Below, in pieces: positions 15,101 through 30,100 of a DNA stretch of 64,000 nt. Below the pieces are notes generated by a model, which was given only the letters and a program-made list of their open reading frames with translations, did no database searches and had not been told where the DNA came from. The position numbers and the translations under genes were made by a program. The stretch lies in the NCBI GenBank assembly GCA_002633005.1, contig NMRA01001047.1, positions 1 to 64,000 on the forward strand, written 5' to 3'. Source of the DNA: Phoronis australis. Its lineage: Eukaryota; Animalia; Phoronida. Numbering within the stretch: the first letter of the stretch is position 1; each line of letters opens with the position of its first letter.

Positions 15101-18100
15101 CACAGTGCAGCTGCAGTTTCTCAACGGAAATAAATTAAGAGTTTTTAGATTCTAATTAGCTCACTTTGTTCTGTGAAGATGTTATAAAACAACATTTGGC
15201 TCAGTTTCAATTGCTGGCACCAAGATTACCATACATTGTTAAGTTTGCAATTATTTTTGTTCAAAATAAGGGAACATTCAAAGTATATCAAGACAAATGT
15301 ACGTCACCTTCAAGGCCCAGATCTCGCTATTATAAAACCTCACAGTGTAGCAGATCTACACAAAAGTGCATCGGAATAGAATAGATTCTGCAAACCAAAG
15401 GCTGTCTGATTCTCTGTACTAATGGGACTACTTTATTTATGAGTATTATTTTTGTTCACAATAAAGTCTTTGAAAATTCCGCAAATGTGTTGGTATCTAG
15501 ATCGACATGAACAGAGGTCCATTCACAAATTTGACACCATGAACATTTTAGAGAAGTACCCCAACAGGGTGTTCAAATTGGAGAAACTAAACAACAATTT
15601 TTACAGTCTGCAATATAGTCAATAAAACAGAACTTTGGAAATTCATTCAGCATCCCTTCCAAGACAATGTGTGCATTCCATGGACCAGTGATAACAGGAG
15701 TGCCACTCAGGACATCTAATATACGAACACAGTGCACACATCTAGATGAACATGTGTCCAGGTGTGGACCTCACAAAAATTTTTAACAATGTGTAGGGAT
15801 ACGTTCAGGAGTGCGTCCCGCGTCAATGGTGCGTAAACATTTTCACCGACGCGCTGGAAGAGCCTAACATGGGCCAATGATTGCACAAAGACTGAGTCAC
15901 AACCACGTCTTATTTTGAAAAATATGTATTGCATTGAGATTCGGTGACAGTGCAGAGCAACTGACAAAAAAAATAATGTCAGTTACCAAAACAACAACAT
16001 CTAGTGTACGGTAAAAACAAAGATCGAAACTGTGGATTTAAGAATTTGTTTAAATTCAAATACAGTTCGCTGTTTGGACCAATCACTACTTGATATGCAA
16101 CGTACTAAGGCACGTAAAATGCTGCCGCTACAGAAAATCGAATTAAAAAAGGGCAAAAAATGGTAACACGGTCCTCCAAATTGACCAATAGATTTGACGC
16201 CCTGTGGGTCAACTGGTCCAAACCTTAAAAGGATCCACGCTGTTATATCACCCATCCAGGTAAGCACACACACACACACACTTACCGTTGTAAAATAAAA
16301 ATGGAATGTCATAGTGAGCCACATTCTTGATGTTAGCGTGGGTGGAGCTGGTGGCCTTACAGCGCAGGATGTACTCATGGCCGTCTCTACCAGGGGTATT
16401 CTCTTGTAACATGATGTTCTGCAACACAAGGCAGAGTGCCATTAAAATAAAACTGAAGACGATTGGTTCACCGGACTGTCAACTGCCTCCACCTGGTGGT
16501 TATTTTTAAAACTGTGTTTGGTTGGATGCTCTCCTGGCTAAAGAGAAAAAACAAATAATAAAAGTACTCAAGCAGCAATGAAATGTGTGCGTTGGCACTG
16601 TTTTCTTAGTTCCACTTTTCAATCGGCCAATCATCCTTGTTTAAGTGACAAACCATGCAAATACTCGCAGCAGTTTAAAGCCTTTGTAACACGATAAATG
16701 AATGTATTGTCTCGCCAAAGAGTTTCTAGATAGGATAACGAGGCCCCCTTTCTTCAATCCACAGTTGCTAAGGTGGTTGGCACAAGTATACTACATTCAA
16801 CAGCCTTCCACCAAAACATTCCAGCAAACCCGTCGGAAAAATATGGCTACACCTCTTGACCTCGTCAAATAAAGTCAAGATTTATTGATCTTCATATGTT
16901 GACCCCAAACAGTAACCAAGACAACATTGGTGAAAATAAGGTTACACAAGAGACTGGATATTTCATTTCAACACCAATTCAGCAGCAGCCTGATGCAAAA
17001 AATATCCTGACTACTTGCCAATAGACGAATACGTTAATTCTCAGGTTAAGCACCATACAGCCACGAAATTCAAACGTCAAGGACAGCAAAAAGTGATTGC
17101 ACACTAATCAATGTATGACTGAATTAGACTAAAGACGAGGTGCATTCATTCGCAGTTGTCAACAGATAAATATTTCCTCAAAGAAAACAGTAAAACATGC
17201 CAGAACTATTTCATACAATAATTCAAAAATATCAGCAAATAAAAGCCCAGTCATCAGTTCCATAAACAATTTTGAATAAAGGTGTGCACTCATATTTTGA
17301 CTTGACTTTCCATGCTTTTTCGTGGAGCAATTTTCATTTTGCAGAATGAGAGTCCTTTCACAACACAAATAATTTTTTTGTAAAAATCTTTTGTAATCAA
17401 AAGCATGAACTAGAGAAATGTGAATTGTTCCCGAAATTTGCTATGAGATTTTCATGAGCTTCCACCTTTTTTCATTTTTCATAACTGTCCCATGCATGGC
17501 ACTTATTGTTATAATTACCCAAGTTTTCTCTCACTAGTAAAACTATGTCAAAGATGTGACAGTCAGATCTTTCAAACGAACTTGGTCTCACACATCCTGA
17601 TTATTTCAATGTTCAGTTTCAACACTCACATGTAAGTTGGCTTTGCCATTCTGTAAGTCTATAGTGAGGTGTCGCGAGTTCCCGGTCATGCTAGGAATTT
17701 CACCGTCATTCGCTTGGCCGATAATTTCTATGTCCACTTTCCCGCTGACATCGGAGCCTGATGGATTGTTGTGTGAATCCTAATTGGTGAATCGTAATAT
17801 CATGAAAGGTACACAAACAACTGGCGCCCTCTAAGAAAATCTGTAGCAACAAAAGCGCAGTTGTGACTTCATATAGACCAATACTGAAGAGTTTCTTCAA
17901 AACACGTTTCTCAGACTCCCATGCTGGTATAGAAAGCAAAAAAAAAAACAGACTATTCAAAGTGGTTCTCTGCCTCTGAAACAGAAATCAAACTGTTCAC
18001 CAGGTATTTTTATGGTTTGTTCACAAAGATATTGAATAGTTTTTTAATATCAAAGCATTTTTTGTATAGTTTCAAATTTCAAAAAACGATCGGTCAACTG

Positions 18101-21100
18101 CTCGTCACTTCGTCGATATTTCTCCCACACAGCAAAGCATGTCTCCTTATTTGGTATGACAAGCTGCAAAGAGTCCAACTTCTTTGTGCGCGCGCACACA
18201 CACACGCACACACATGCACACACACACAACTAGGTGGAGAATCTGTATTGGAATGAAAGTGTATATTTCGTCTTTGTTCTAAAAATAGTGAATCTGACGC
18301 TTTTGTCAAGAAATTCTTGCATTATTCAAGTTAGCATACCCAAGAAGTAGTTTAGCTAAGATCTGTTCAAAGTTATTTCTTACGAGTTTTCGCGTTCCAT
18401 GCCTCTTTAACGATCATCAACATTTATTTGAATTAACTTGGACAACAGGTTGTCTCCATCCTGGGACATTCAACTGAGAATGTGCCCAGTGCACACACTT
18501 ACCCTCAACTCCAGCGTGAGATTTCTGATGAGAGATCGACTGAGGGCCTTTTGAGTGTTGGACACAGAGGGGGTGCCAGGCGCCTCAGTGGGCACCAGTT
18601 TCACTGGGGGACCTCCAACCACCTCCACCACCATCTGAAAAAGAAAGCCCTGTTATTAAATAAAACATTCCACGGTGAAACATTGGATATTTCAAGTGAA
18701 TCTAAATCAAAGTAGATGTTTAGAAGTCATTTTTTCATGCGTGTACACATGTTTCTCAATATAAAGATGATTCGAGGCCTTTATAACTCTGCCTTTTGTT
18801 GCATTAAACACTTTGTAAACAATACAACTAAACTAACCTTTAAGTAAAACTCCGTCCAGTCCTTTTAAGTGCAGGAGTCAGAAAGTTGTCTAAAAGTGGG
18901 GAACTCAACTTTTACTTGAGACTTTATTTGCCTTTTTCAAAAATGGACATGACCCTTGTTGTTTAAAAAATCCACAACATTAATGAATGCCAAGTTTGCA
19001 CTTCACTATCTTTAACTCCTAGTTTTACACTCACTTTGAAGAACTAGCATGCCCAAAAACGAGTTAGACGAGCTCACATCCAGTTTCAAATTCTCTGAAT
19101 GGATGCACCAATGGTTACACAAAACTTAACCAATCACATACAACCAAAGAGCACATGAACAACACCAGTGACACCTACAGGCATGTTGACCTCAGGATGG
19201 ACTGCATCCTTATAGGAGAAGAGGATGTTGTACATCCCAGCCACAGTCATTGCTTTGGGCTTGGTAAACAAGAAACCACCGTCAGTTTTGGTGTCCGGTG
19301 CGAAGGTAAATTTCTGCAATTAAAGAGCAACTGGGTTTGATCTTAATGAAGAACAATTACACAACACAGCACAGCACATCACATCACAGCAGAGCACAGC
19401 ACAGCACGTCACAGTACAGCACAGCACAGCAAAACAAAACACAAATGTAACTAGGTCTTAAGGGACGTTCTCGACTAGAAAAGTAACTTTACAGAACTAA
19501 GCAAAAGCAAATGTCGAGTGATCAGTGTGACGGATCCATTTAAGCGACCTGCGCACGTCTGGCACAACATGTACCAGACACCGTGCAATTACCTTTTATA
19601 TTTTTAGCGAATGTCAGAAATTGCGATTTGTAATAACATCAAACAAACAAAATGGATTTTGTTGTTTAACAGCTCTGGCCAAAGCCAATAACCTCAAGAT
19701 GACTATCGCACTCAATAATAATCTCAAGACTGCATTTTTCCACTGCAAATAATAATAATAAGAATAATCTCCCATTAAATGAATGAATTTGGATAAACAC
19801 ACACTTTGTTATAAATTAGACAGTGAAGTCACATGATTTAGAATAGTCACGGACTTCGAACAACTTTGCAAGTCTGGCAGCTTTCATGAATGTTTAGTGA
19901 CGATGTTGTGATCTTACTACACTGACAAAAGTTATGGTTAAACCCCAAATTCACGACACAAAATAAACATTCAACCTGGAATGACCCAATGGATATGAAC
20001 AAGCAGACATCTTCAGGTAAGGCATCAGTATAGTGGATTTAAATGTCAGAAAATTAAGTATTCGGTAAGGAAACTAGCAAAAACTAAAAACCAAACCTTT
20101 TGAGCGGGTATGACCTGATCCTTCATCCACATGACCATTGAGAAATGATTCATTTTGGTTGTGCTGATCGTACTTCCATCTTCAGCAGTTGCGTAAATCT
20201 TCAGGTCTAAAACGACAAGCCAATCGCCACATATAGCTCAAGCACAGGCGGACTACGAGACCTACCTTTCATTCATGTTTACTTCGTTCTGGAGTCGGTG
20301 AATATAAAGCTCTTCGCAGCCATGTTTCACCAAAAATGCGACTTTAGGTTGAAGTCACAAATTTGTCCTGAGCTCAATTCCACTATTTCAGAAAAAAATA
20401 ACATCACTCCACTATCAACTGTTGTAATAACGCTACTCACGAGGCATGGGCGAACCAGCGATGAACTCTTTTCCAGACACAAACTCCACTTTCAGATCCA
20501 TCGGTTTCTCAAGATCTGGCTCAACCCTGATCTTCAGACGAGGTCCATTGATGGTTGTACGCTTCAGGAAGGCCTTGGGTTGAATCTCATATGTGCCTCT
20601 AAAAGTTTAGGTAAACTTTCTCGTATTATAAATACAGTAATTAAAAATACAGAAAAACATTGCACAATAGACAAAGGAAACACATACACACATCCATGCG
20701 CGTGTATTTCGACACCTGACAACAAAATTAGAACCCATGCGTACTCGAGGAAACAAAAGAGCCAGAAAGGACCATTTATTGTTAAGTTTTCAAGTTTTAC
20801 GTAAATTGTTAAAGAGTCGATCCAAAAAAAATTTCAATTTTGGTGACACATTTTACAGTCTACTAAATTTGAAATTTTAAACGCATATGACTAAAGGAAG
20901 ATGTCTCTCTGGAATATAGATTTACAACATTAATGTTTTGTATGTTTTTTATGCAAATCATGACACGTTTACACATTTAACTAAAAAACATATGAGCCTG
21001 ATATTGGGCCTAACCTTATAAAAGGAACCATAACAAACGTGTTCACTTTTGAACTTTTGTTAACAGTGATTGAATACCATGGGGCCATGGGATCCCTAAC

Positions 21101-24100
21101 ACAAGAATTGATATTCTCCAACCAATTAGGGATCCCTTAATCAAAGGTACACTCCAACTTTATAAGTTTCTATTTTCACAAAGCTTGGAATAGCAACAAA
21201 AACATCTAGTCACTGTCACTAGTATGACCTATGTATGCAAATAGAGGTCAAACTGATGACATCACTAACAGACAAAAGTTAAACAAATATAACAGACAAT
21301 TACACCGGCTGAGATGTTCACTACCGTCCAGTTATCAACTACAGAGACAACGGGACCCTTCAAAACTACTTAAGCAAACAGAATCCGTTTGAGTCGACTG
21401 TCTTGGACTAACCCCAGTGGAAAGGTTACGTGTCTATTATAGATTGAATACAACAAAATTACCTGAACAGAGTGAGAACAGAAACCCATAACAAGAATTT
21501 ATACAAGCGCGGCCACTGGTGCAATAGAGCCACTTATATTACAAGCTTTTCAAGTTACAAAGAAGGTGCAAAGTAGATATTAGTCCTCTATATAACGAGA
21601 GCCCTGGTCAGTGTTTGTGCCCATTCTCTAATAAGCATTGACAAACAGCCTGAATAGCAAACTTCTTATACTTACTTTTTTGCCGAGACGATTGGCTGGT
21701 CAAACTTAGCTTTACCGTTCTTGTCCGTTTTATCTGGTTTCAGGGGAGGGTGTAACTGAAAACGTACACGCAACATTGACGTTATGTGCGACCCTAGAAA
21801 AATGTCCAACTTCTGGGAACATGAAAGTCTCAGAAATGGCTCATCGGATTAAAAATGAAACTTTCAGATATCACACTTTATTCCAATCGAAAAAATGGGG
21901 TTTCTAATAAGAGCGCTTGTTCTTCGATTTGTCATCACAATATGGCCAAAGATTGATGTAATGGTTTACACACTGTTATTCAAACCATTACTGTATGAAC
22001 AAGTTGCATAAAACAAAAGAGAAACGGTAAAATTAGAAACCTGTGACAGCATGTTTGAAATTTCATCTTGAACATAAGTTTAAACCACAGAAAATTTGAC
22101 ACTGATACTGCTGTTTTGCTATTAAAGAATACATCGTTGATTTTACTCAATTTTACCAAAACACATGACTCAAGTAATGACATATTGATATAAAACCAAA
22201 AAAGAAATTCCACAGGCTTTCTACTTTTACAAAATAAAATACTTTTACAACCGAGTTAAACTCAACAATTACAAGAATTGCACAAACTTGCTGATAACAA
22301 TACATATAACCTTAAAAGAAATGGGGGTTGTCGTTAAAGCACAAGTTAAGTTGTAAAATACTAACATAACGTCTTAACAGATGACTGAAAGTTAGCCAAG
22401 ACACCAACCCTTGGAGTATAGTTGACATTAGAATATCAACAAGGTAACCTGACTTGGCAACTTCCCTTGATATAATTTTTTACCTTATTTCTTTACGCGC
22501 ACTTTAAATTGGAAAAAATATTTAACTGTAAATTCACCAACATCGGCGAAAACAGTAAGTTAGACGTCTGAATAATAATATAAAACCAGCGTGGCAAGAA
22601 GCCGCGTTACCTTGAGTTGAGCATCTCTTGCCACCTGCACCTGAACGCCCTCCTCCTTACACGGGTTACCTGACTTGTCACACAGCTGGACAGTTAGAGC
22701 CTTTGGTAGTTTGGTGTCATTGAAGATGTGAAGGACCTTGGACAAGTGGAGAAATGTGAAGCAATGAACGATGGGGACACTGAACATATGAAGCAACATA
22801 ATTTGACAACGTGATGGAGAAAATGTGAAGCAACACTTTTACTGGTAAGGTGAAACAATGAGACCACTGCAAAGGTAAGAGATATCCAAATAAGACGTAC
22901 CTTCAAGAAAAGAGAAAACAAGAAACAACAAACTAAAATGGTTGAGTCTTACTCCCACCTCAAACACGTGGTTAATTTGCATATGAGAAGTGCTGTGTAC
23001 AATACCTTTATTCGAATCTGACCCTACAACTTATTTATGACAAGTTTCATGATAACTTGCATTTCACGGGGACACATTTCTCAACTCAGAGAAGACCTAA
23101 AGCCCACACACTGAGCGTATTACGATCTCGCATTAACAACCAGTCATCACTTAATACTCTCCCAGTCTCTCACCTCAGTCTCGTCCCAGTCCAGTACATT
23201 GATCTTGGCTGGAGGTCCAGGTAACATCTCCAGTTTCACGTACTCTTTGAATTGCTTGTAAGTGACACAGACCTCACGCATTCCCACTTTGCCATCGTCA
23301 AACTCAATGCCGCTGATGTCGAAGCCACCCGACTGAAAGACACGCCAGAAGACATGACAATCTATCCCAACCATCATTGGTACAGAGCCATTTCCACATA
23401 CAGACCTCATGTTACTGACACTGATAATACGAAAAGTCATATAGAGTTCGAATGCGAAAATTTTTTTTGAAAAATTTACCAAACTTTACATAGATGGGTG
23501 CAAAGTGCACAAAGTTGTGAGCTTGCCTTGATGCCCTCCACTTTGTACAACAAATTGACCTATCGCAAGATCCGCCCCCTTGCGTAATGTCAACTAACAA
23601 ACAATAAGTTTTACCCGGCAATGTGTTGTTTTGTCGGGTAAAATGGCAGCTTGGAAACGAAGGTGTGTCAATAATGCTGCGTTTTAAATGGTCAGTTAAG
23701 CCGTCACTCAAAATCCTGGCGACAAGTCAATTACCAGCTGTATACCTCAATTGTATTTCTTTGCTTTCTGTTGATGCCCAAAGGCCCAAACCTGTGAGGA
23801 TGTTGGTTCATGTACGTCTAAATCAAATTTTAACCCTGATTGCAATTGTTTTCTTCATGAATCTTTGTTCTAGTATGACCGGGACGACTAGTTTTGCGAC
23901 ATCTGGTCCAACTCACCTGTCCCAGTCCGCGTAGGGTATTCTCAACGATCAGGTGGTCACCGGATATCTGTAAATCTTTCAGAACACCCTTTGGTAGCTA
24001 CAATATAAATGGCAGCAGATACAGCACATGCTGTCGACTATCTAACATCCCAGTAAATACGAATTAGGGTTGAGCGGTCATTTATAACTAACAGGCAATG

Positions 24101-27100
24101 GACAAAATATTGCCCTGCAGTGTCTAGATTTAACATTTAGCATAAAAATGACAATGACTCACCATGGGCCAGCTAAAAGAAAGATTAAAGAATGACCAAA
24201 TTAATTTAAGTATGCAAAGTGAGGCAAACGGTGAAAAACTTCAGCTCATCACGATTTTCAGTTTATCTCACCTTTGTAATGGCATTGCCAAACTTATCCT
24301 GCACATTCACTAGGATAGAGCCAGCGAGTTTCTCTCCTGCACGCAGCTTGTTCGACGCGCTACAGCAACAAGTGATACTGGCGACCTCATTGGTTACAGG
24401 CCTGAGGGAGAAAAATAAAGTGCAGGCTTCACTTCAACGATAATCACCAAACGTTGTCCACTTCAAATTCCAGTTAAGCACAGCTCATTTAAAGTGGCAA
24501 TAAGCCCTCTTTCCTTTCAAGAAGCGAACATTTGATTTAGACTACATACCGCTCTCTATCATGTGTTCCTTAATCAGATGAGAAGTGATTTCTGGGTTTA
24601 TAAAGAACTGACAGTTTGTCATTCCTTGAGACTCAAAAACTGACACCCAAGTGACGAGCCAACTTGAAGAGCTTGGTATCGAGCTCTAACGAATTGTCAG
24701 TTCTTGCGACAACCCGAAAACACTTCCAACCTCGGTAAATGGCATAAGTCAACATTGATTTTTGTGATGGAAGGCGGGTTTATAGTCCGTTCATGTCAGA
24801 ACTGTCACAGATCTCCCACATCAATTGTCATCTTTTAATACTGTATAACAACCAGACATAAGCATTGTTATTGAAAACAGACGGTATGAGCCAAACACGG
24901 ACTCAGAATTTCTGACTAGAAGGAGAACACACACACGCACGCGCGCGCGCGCACACGCACACGCACACACGTATATGTACATGTACATGTATATACCTGA
25001 GACTGACATATTCATATACAAGATATAATCAGATAAACTACTCTGACAGACAGTAAGTAATGTCCTCAGCAGTGCAGCATAAAGCAGACACTCACTTGAT
25101 AGAAAAGCTGACTTCGACCTCCTTATAAGACACCTGACAATACTTGACATCAGACACAGAGTTGGGCACCTTGGTGTCTGGCAACTGGCCCTTGGTCACT
25201 AAGTCCTTGTTGACCGAGTTGGTCCAGTTGACCTTAAGGTCACCAGCCCTCTTAGAGTCCAAAGTGATCTCACGACCTGCCTCGTCCTTGACGATAAACT
25301 CTGAAACAACAAACGAAGGATATTCAAAATGTGTAGCTACTATTTAAGCGGAAAGCAACCATTTTTGAAGTTTCTTTCACTAAAATATTTCGGATGTCCC
25401 TTCAGTTGGTTCTTTGCTTACAGATCCAACAAGAGTTCACATACTAGGAAGTCTGCATTTGAACCACAATATTTGACAATAAAAGAACATCAGGGTCCCT
25501 ATTCACTGCATGCCAACTAGACCTCTTTCAACCTGTAGCTATGGTAACCAAATGTGTGCATTCTCTTGTGCAAAGAGGTTCAGCTGACTGCCTGTCTAAA
25601 TAGTCAATCATCACCTGTACTCATTTGAAACTAAAGTTCAAACTGAAAAATTTCAGTCCGCCTCAAACAAAATATTTTGACTACTACGTTATTCGAACCC
25701 TCACAGTACAAACAATGGATCAAAAATCTAGTACTTAGACACTGTGTCACCAAGACACATAAACGACAAAAAGTCTTTATGTATGTATTAAGTAAATGAT
25801 TTCTGAAACGACATAAAGAAAACACAATTGATAAGGTAACACAATTTTGGTTTTCTGGGCATTTTTTGGAAAAAACGAGTTAAGAAAAAAATTTATTCTG
25901 GGTTCAATGAAAGATCAAGTTTCCAGTGTTCGAACCTGTACTGTTAACACAGTAACTAGAGCCAAGCACTCAGTTACTTCAGAACATTTTCATTTATTGG
26001 TGTTTTCTGTAATAAAAAAGTACTTGAGTGTTAAGATAAAAAGAACACTATAGTGTACATTCACTTAATTTTAACTTGATAAAGTTAATGTTTACTTAAA
26101 TTTAATTCCTGCAACATTTATTTCAGCCTTTATTCAAATTACTTAATAAAATGCAAATTGAATTTAAGGATCATGTATCAACACAAAACGAAAAGGAAAA
26201 GTAACTAGAGCCAAGCACTCAGTTACTTGAAAACATTTTCATTTATTGGTGTTTTCTGAAATAAAAAATTACTCGAGTGTTAACATAAAAAGAACACTAT
26301 AGTGTACATTCACTTAATTTTAATTAGATAAAGTTAATGTTTAATTAAATTTAATTCCTGCAACATTTACTTCAGCCTTTATTCAAATTACTTAACAAGA
26401 GCAACGCAGAGCGTTGAAATGCGCCCACAATTGCACCGCATACGGTATCCTTCTAGGGTTGTTTATTGGTACCATAAAGTGGCCAGTAGAGGGCATATAT
26501 GTAGTATGTTGTACTTTGCAAAATGGAAAGGCATGGTCATTGTCTCCTCAATAGGCTAGGGGCAAAATGTGAGTGATCTTCATAATACAAGCACATCCTA
26601 TACATCAGTTGCTTAAAGCACCACAGAAACATAGAATTAAAAACAAATTTACCAACATACGAGATTAGCACAGCATTAGAATGCCAGAAACAAATTTCTA
26701 CTTGGAACTTTTCCTTCATAGTCACGAAGTAACACAAAGTATACACCTGAAGACCTATGAAAATACAGAGGTCAATGTAAAATACTAAAATTGCCACTAG
26801 AGGCATACCGGTAGTCAGAATCATCCTAAAGTCGTCATCGTCCGTTGTCAACATCACATAAATACACTTGCTAAATTTAGTAAAGATCCTGCAAACGGTT
26901 TGGGAGATACAGCCATGGGCGCAAAAAAAAAAAAACTGCCACTAGGAGGCGCCACAGTAGTCCAAATCGTCTGAAAATCATCGTCAACCGTCCTCTACAT
27001 AGTAAGCATATACACGCAAAGTTTCACAATCATCCTTTGAGCGGTTTGGTTGATAGAGGGGTGGACGCACAAAAACAGACTCAGAAGCACTAAAAATGGC

Positions 27101-30100
27101 CACTAGGTGGCGAAAACTATGTCGAATCCACCTGAAAACTGGAGGATAGCGTCATCTCACTAATAGGTGCCTACATACCAAATTTCATGAAAATCTGTTC
27201 AGGACTTTTGAACATACAAAGGTAAGCATAAAAAAATTAAAATTGCCACTAGGGGGCACACCGGTAGTCGGATCCGTCCAAAAGTTCGCACATGCCGTCC
27301 CATTCATGAATGGAACATATGTGCCAAATTTCATGAACGTATGTCAAAGGGTTTTGGAGATAAAGCAGCGGACGCCGGACGGATGCCGCCCGGACGGACG
27401 GAGATGACGGCATAATGCGTCCACATATAAATATGTGGGCGCATAATAAAATGGAAATTGAATTTAAGGATCATGTATCAACAAAAAATGAAAAGGAAAA
27501 GTTACTTCAATTTAGTTTTGTGACGTAAAAGCCGAATACATAAATGTAATAAAATTAGCACCTAATACAATTCAATCTGTCTAGAATTAATTTTAAAGTT
27601 AATTCAATAAAAAACTAAACACAAAAATTCAACCAAAAAGTCATGCAAAGTTAATTATTGGCCTCAAGCAATAAACTTCTAGTTCCTTTTAAAATTAAAC
27701 TCATTCAGAACTTAAAACAGGACAAAAAGTAGGAACAAGACATTTTAACACCATGTAGGCCACATACCAAAGCCAGTCAGGATCTCCCCAGCAGGCACTA
27801 GCAACTCCTGTCCATTATCAATCTGGACACGCCTCCCTTCTCTCTCATAGGACAGTTGCATGGATGCGGGGGAGGTGCTTGGTGATACTGTGATCATGCG
27901 AGTGACAGCGGGCACAGACCTCAAACCCTATCACAAAGAAATTTTAATTAATAGATTGACTAGAACCAATTTCAGATTTTCAAACAATGCATTATGCATA
28001 ATGGGTTTGCTAAAATAAAAATCTAACATTTAGTCTAAGTTCTACCTGAAAGACATCAAAACACAAAAAATGTTTAAATAAAACAACCCAATTTCTCAGT
28101 TGTTCCAATACTATGTATATCGTATTGAAGTGAATTTTAAATGTAATTACAGAATTTCCACCTTCCAACTGGCAGCACATAACAATGTGCCATGTACTGT
28201 GACTGAGTTGTGCTTTGCCAAAAACATTTATAAGGAGAGATTAAAGACGATGTGCGACCTGAGAAAAATCCGACCAACTTCAGAACGTCATATCCCAAAA
28301 AATGGCCGACAGGAATCAAATGAAATTTTCAGGAACTTTATGCACAGTGCTGCAAAACATTCTAGTAATTATTCTTAAAATGTTCCCCATCAAAAAGAGG
28401 ACTTTCAGGATTTTTCCAAAAAATGTTAATTAAGAAAACAGCAGCATTTTTAAAATTTGATATTGAACATTTAAATCAAAAGAACTATGATCACGGAATA
28501 ACTGTTATTTTTCTATGATGTACCTTTCTTTTTCACAAAATTTTACTAAAAAGACTTGGTCACACGACCTAGCTAATGGCGTCTTTGTATAAACTCAAAA
28601 ATCAAATTGTATGGACTTTCTGCATTCAAAAAACAAAAAAACTTTTACAAAGTTTAATTTGTGAAGGTAAGAAGATTTGTGTGAAGGTAACTGCCTAAAG
28701 GCAGACTTTCAGAGAAGGTCCCGCGTAACCTCAATACTTATAGATGTACCATGAAAAAACGCATGCCTCCATATCTACCTGCAGCGTGATGGTGGCGGTG
28801 ATCTTAGCTTCACCCTTCATCTTCTTTATAGTGATTGGAGGACCACTGAGGCATCCTTCACCGTGATGGGAGATGTTCTGTCTGTATGAAGGGAGGTCAT
28901 CAGCACCAGTGAACTATATAATGGTATAATATACAATACAATATAATACAATACAATGCAACAATACAATACAATACAATACAAAACGCTAATACTGTAT
29001 CACAGTGTTTATATAATTATTCTAATTAATTATCAGGACTTGTTCAATTGCAAGTCATGCACACTCAAGAATGAAACCCTAGAACTGAAGCAGACGCTAA
29101 CCATGCAATACACAAGAGGTCAAAATACAAAAAATAAGGTGATAGTTGTTATATTTTGTTTCTCACAAATCCACGAAATATTAAGTGCAACTCAACTTTA
29201 AGACACTGTTACTGGACACATGCCACTTTGTAATAGGAAACATTTTAAATACAACCCTTTCGCATTGCAAGAGAACAAAAATGGCTGTCACTTGACCAAA
29301 TTCCAAAAGTGCCTATCACTTGACCCAATTCCACAAGTGCCTGTCAATTGACCAAATTTCAAAACTTGGTACGCAAGACTAGACGAACTGACAGGAACTA
29401 CGGGCAATTTCATTCATACGCGACCATTGCAAGATGCAGAACATTTTTGCATGAAACATTTGAATATCCCACTGCATTAAATTTATACAAGACTGCAGAA
29501 CGCTGTTCACCAACTACCCTACTGCCATCACCATCCCCGTCTAGTGACAAGGCACTTTATCAGAAAATGTCTATCAGAAAGGCATACATATTGCAATAGG
29601 CAGAACCGCTGAACTGATAAAGAACCTAAATCAGGACAAGGAACCCTAAAAAGGCCATTTGACATCCCTTTATTTTTATCCTGCAAGTTGAAACCTCACC
29701 TTGCAAACAGCTATCAGATTGGGCTGCGTGGTGACGTTACCGGATATGTCACGGGTGGACACCTGGAACTCTACCGACTGTCCGTTTTCGACGTCGCACG
29801 TCTCAGGAGTGACAATCAGTTCGCTGGGCGCCCCCGGCAACAGACGGATCTTCAGTGTTTGCACCTCCCTCTTCAAACCCGAAACTTTCACGGCTAGATT
29901 GTAGCTCTAGAGTAAGAGCAAACCATGGTAATCTACGACATGTTCATCATACCACAGACAAACACTATAATAGCCATAAGATGATGTCAATAAGGAAAGT
30001 GTCTTTTTATAATCTCAGATTGAGAACTGAAGGTTATATTATCTACATGGGTGTGCTCCAGGATAAGGATGGATCTGACATGGCTTCTTGTATACCCACT

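Noticed and set aside
20298-20804. 168-aa plus-strand ORF
   Set aside because: Antisense to SMCHD1 exon 31, non-ATG start, no domain features.
22894-22910. 16-bp identity (AGACGTACCTTCAAGA) with the exon 15 acceptor at about 38370
   Set aside because: The similarity does not extend into a homologous exon; probably chance.
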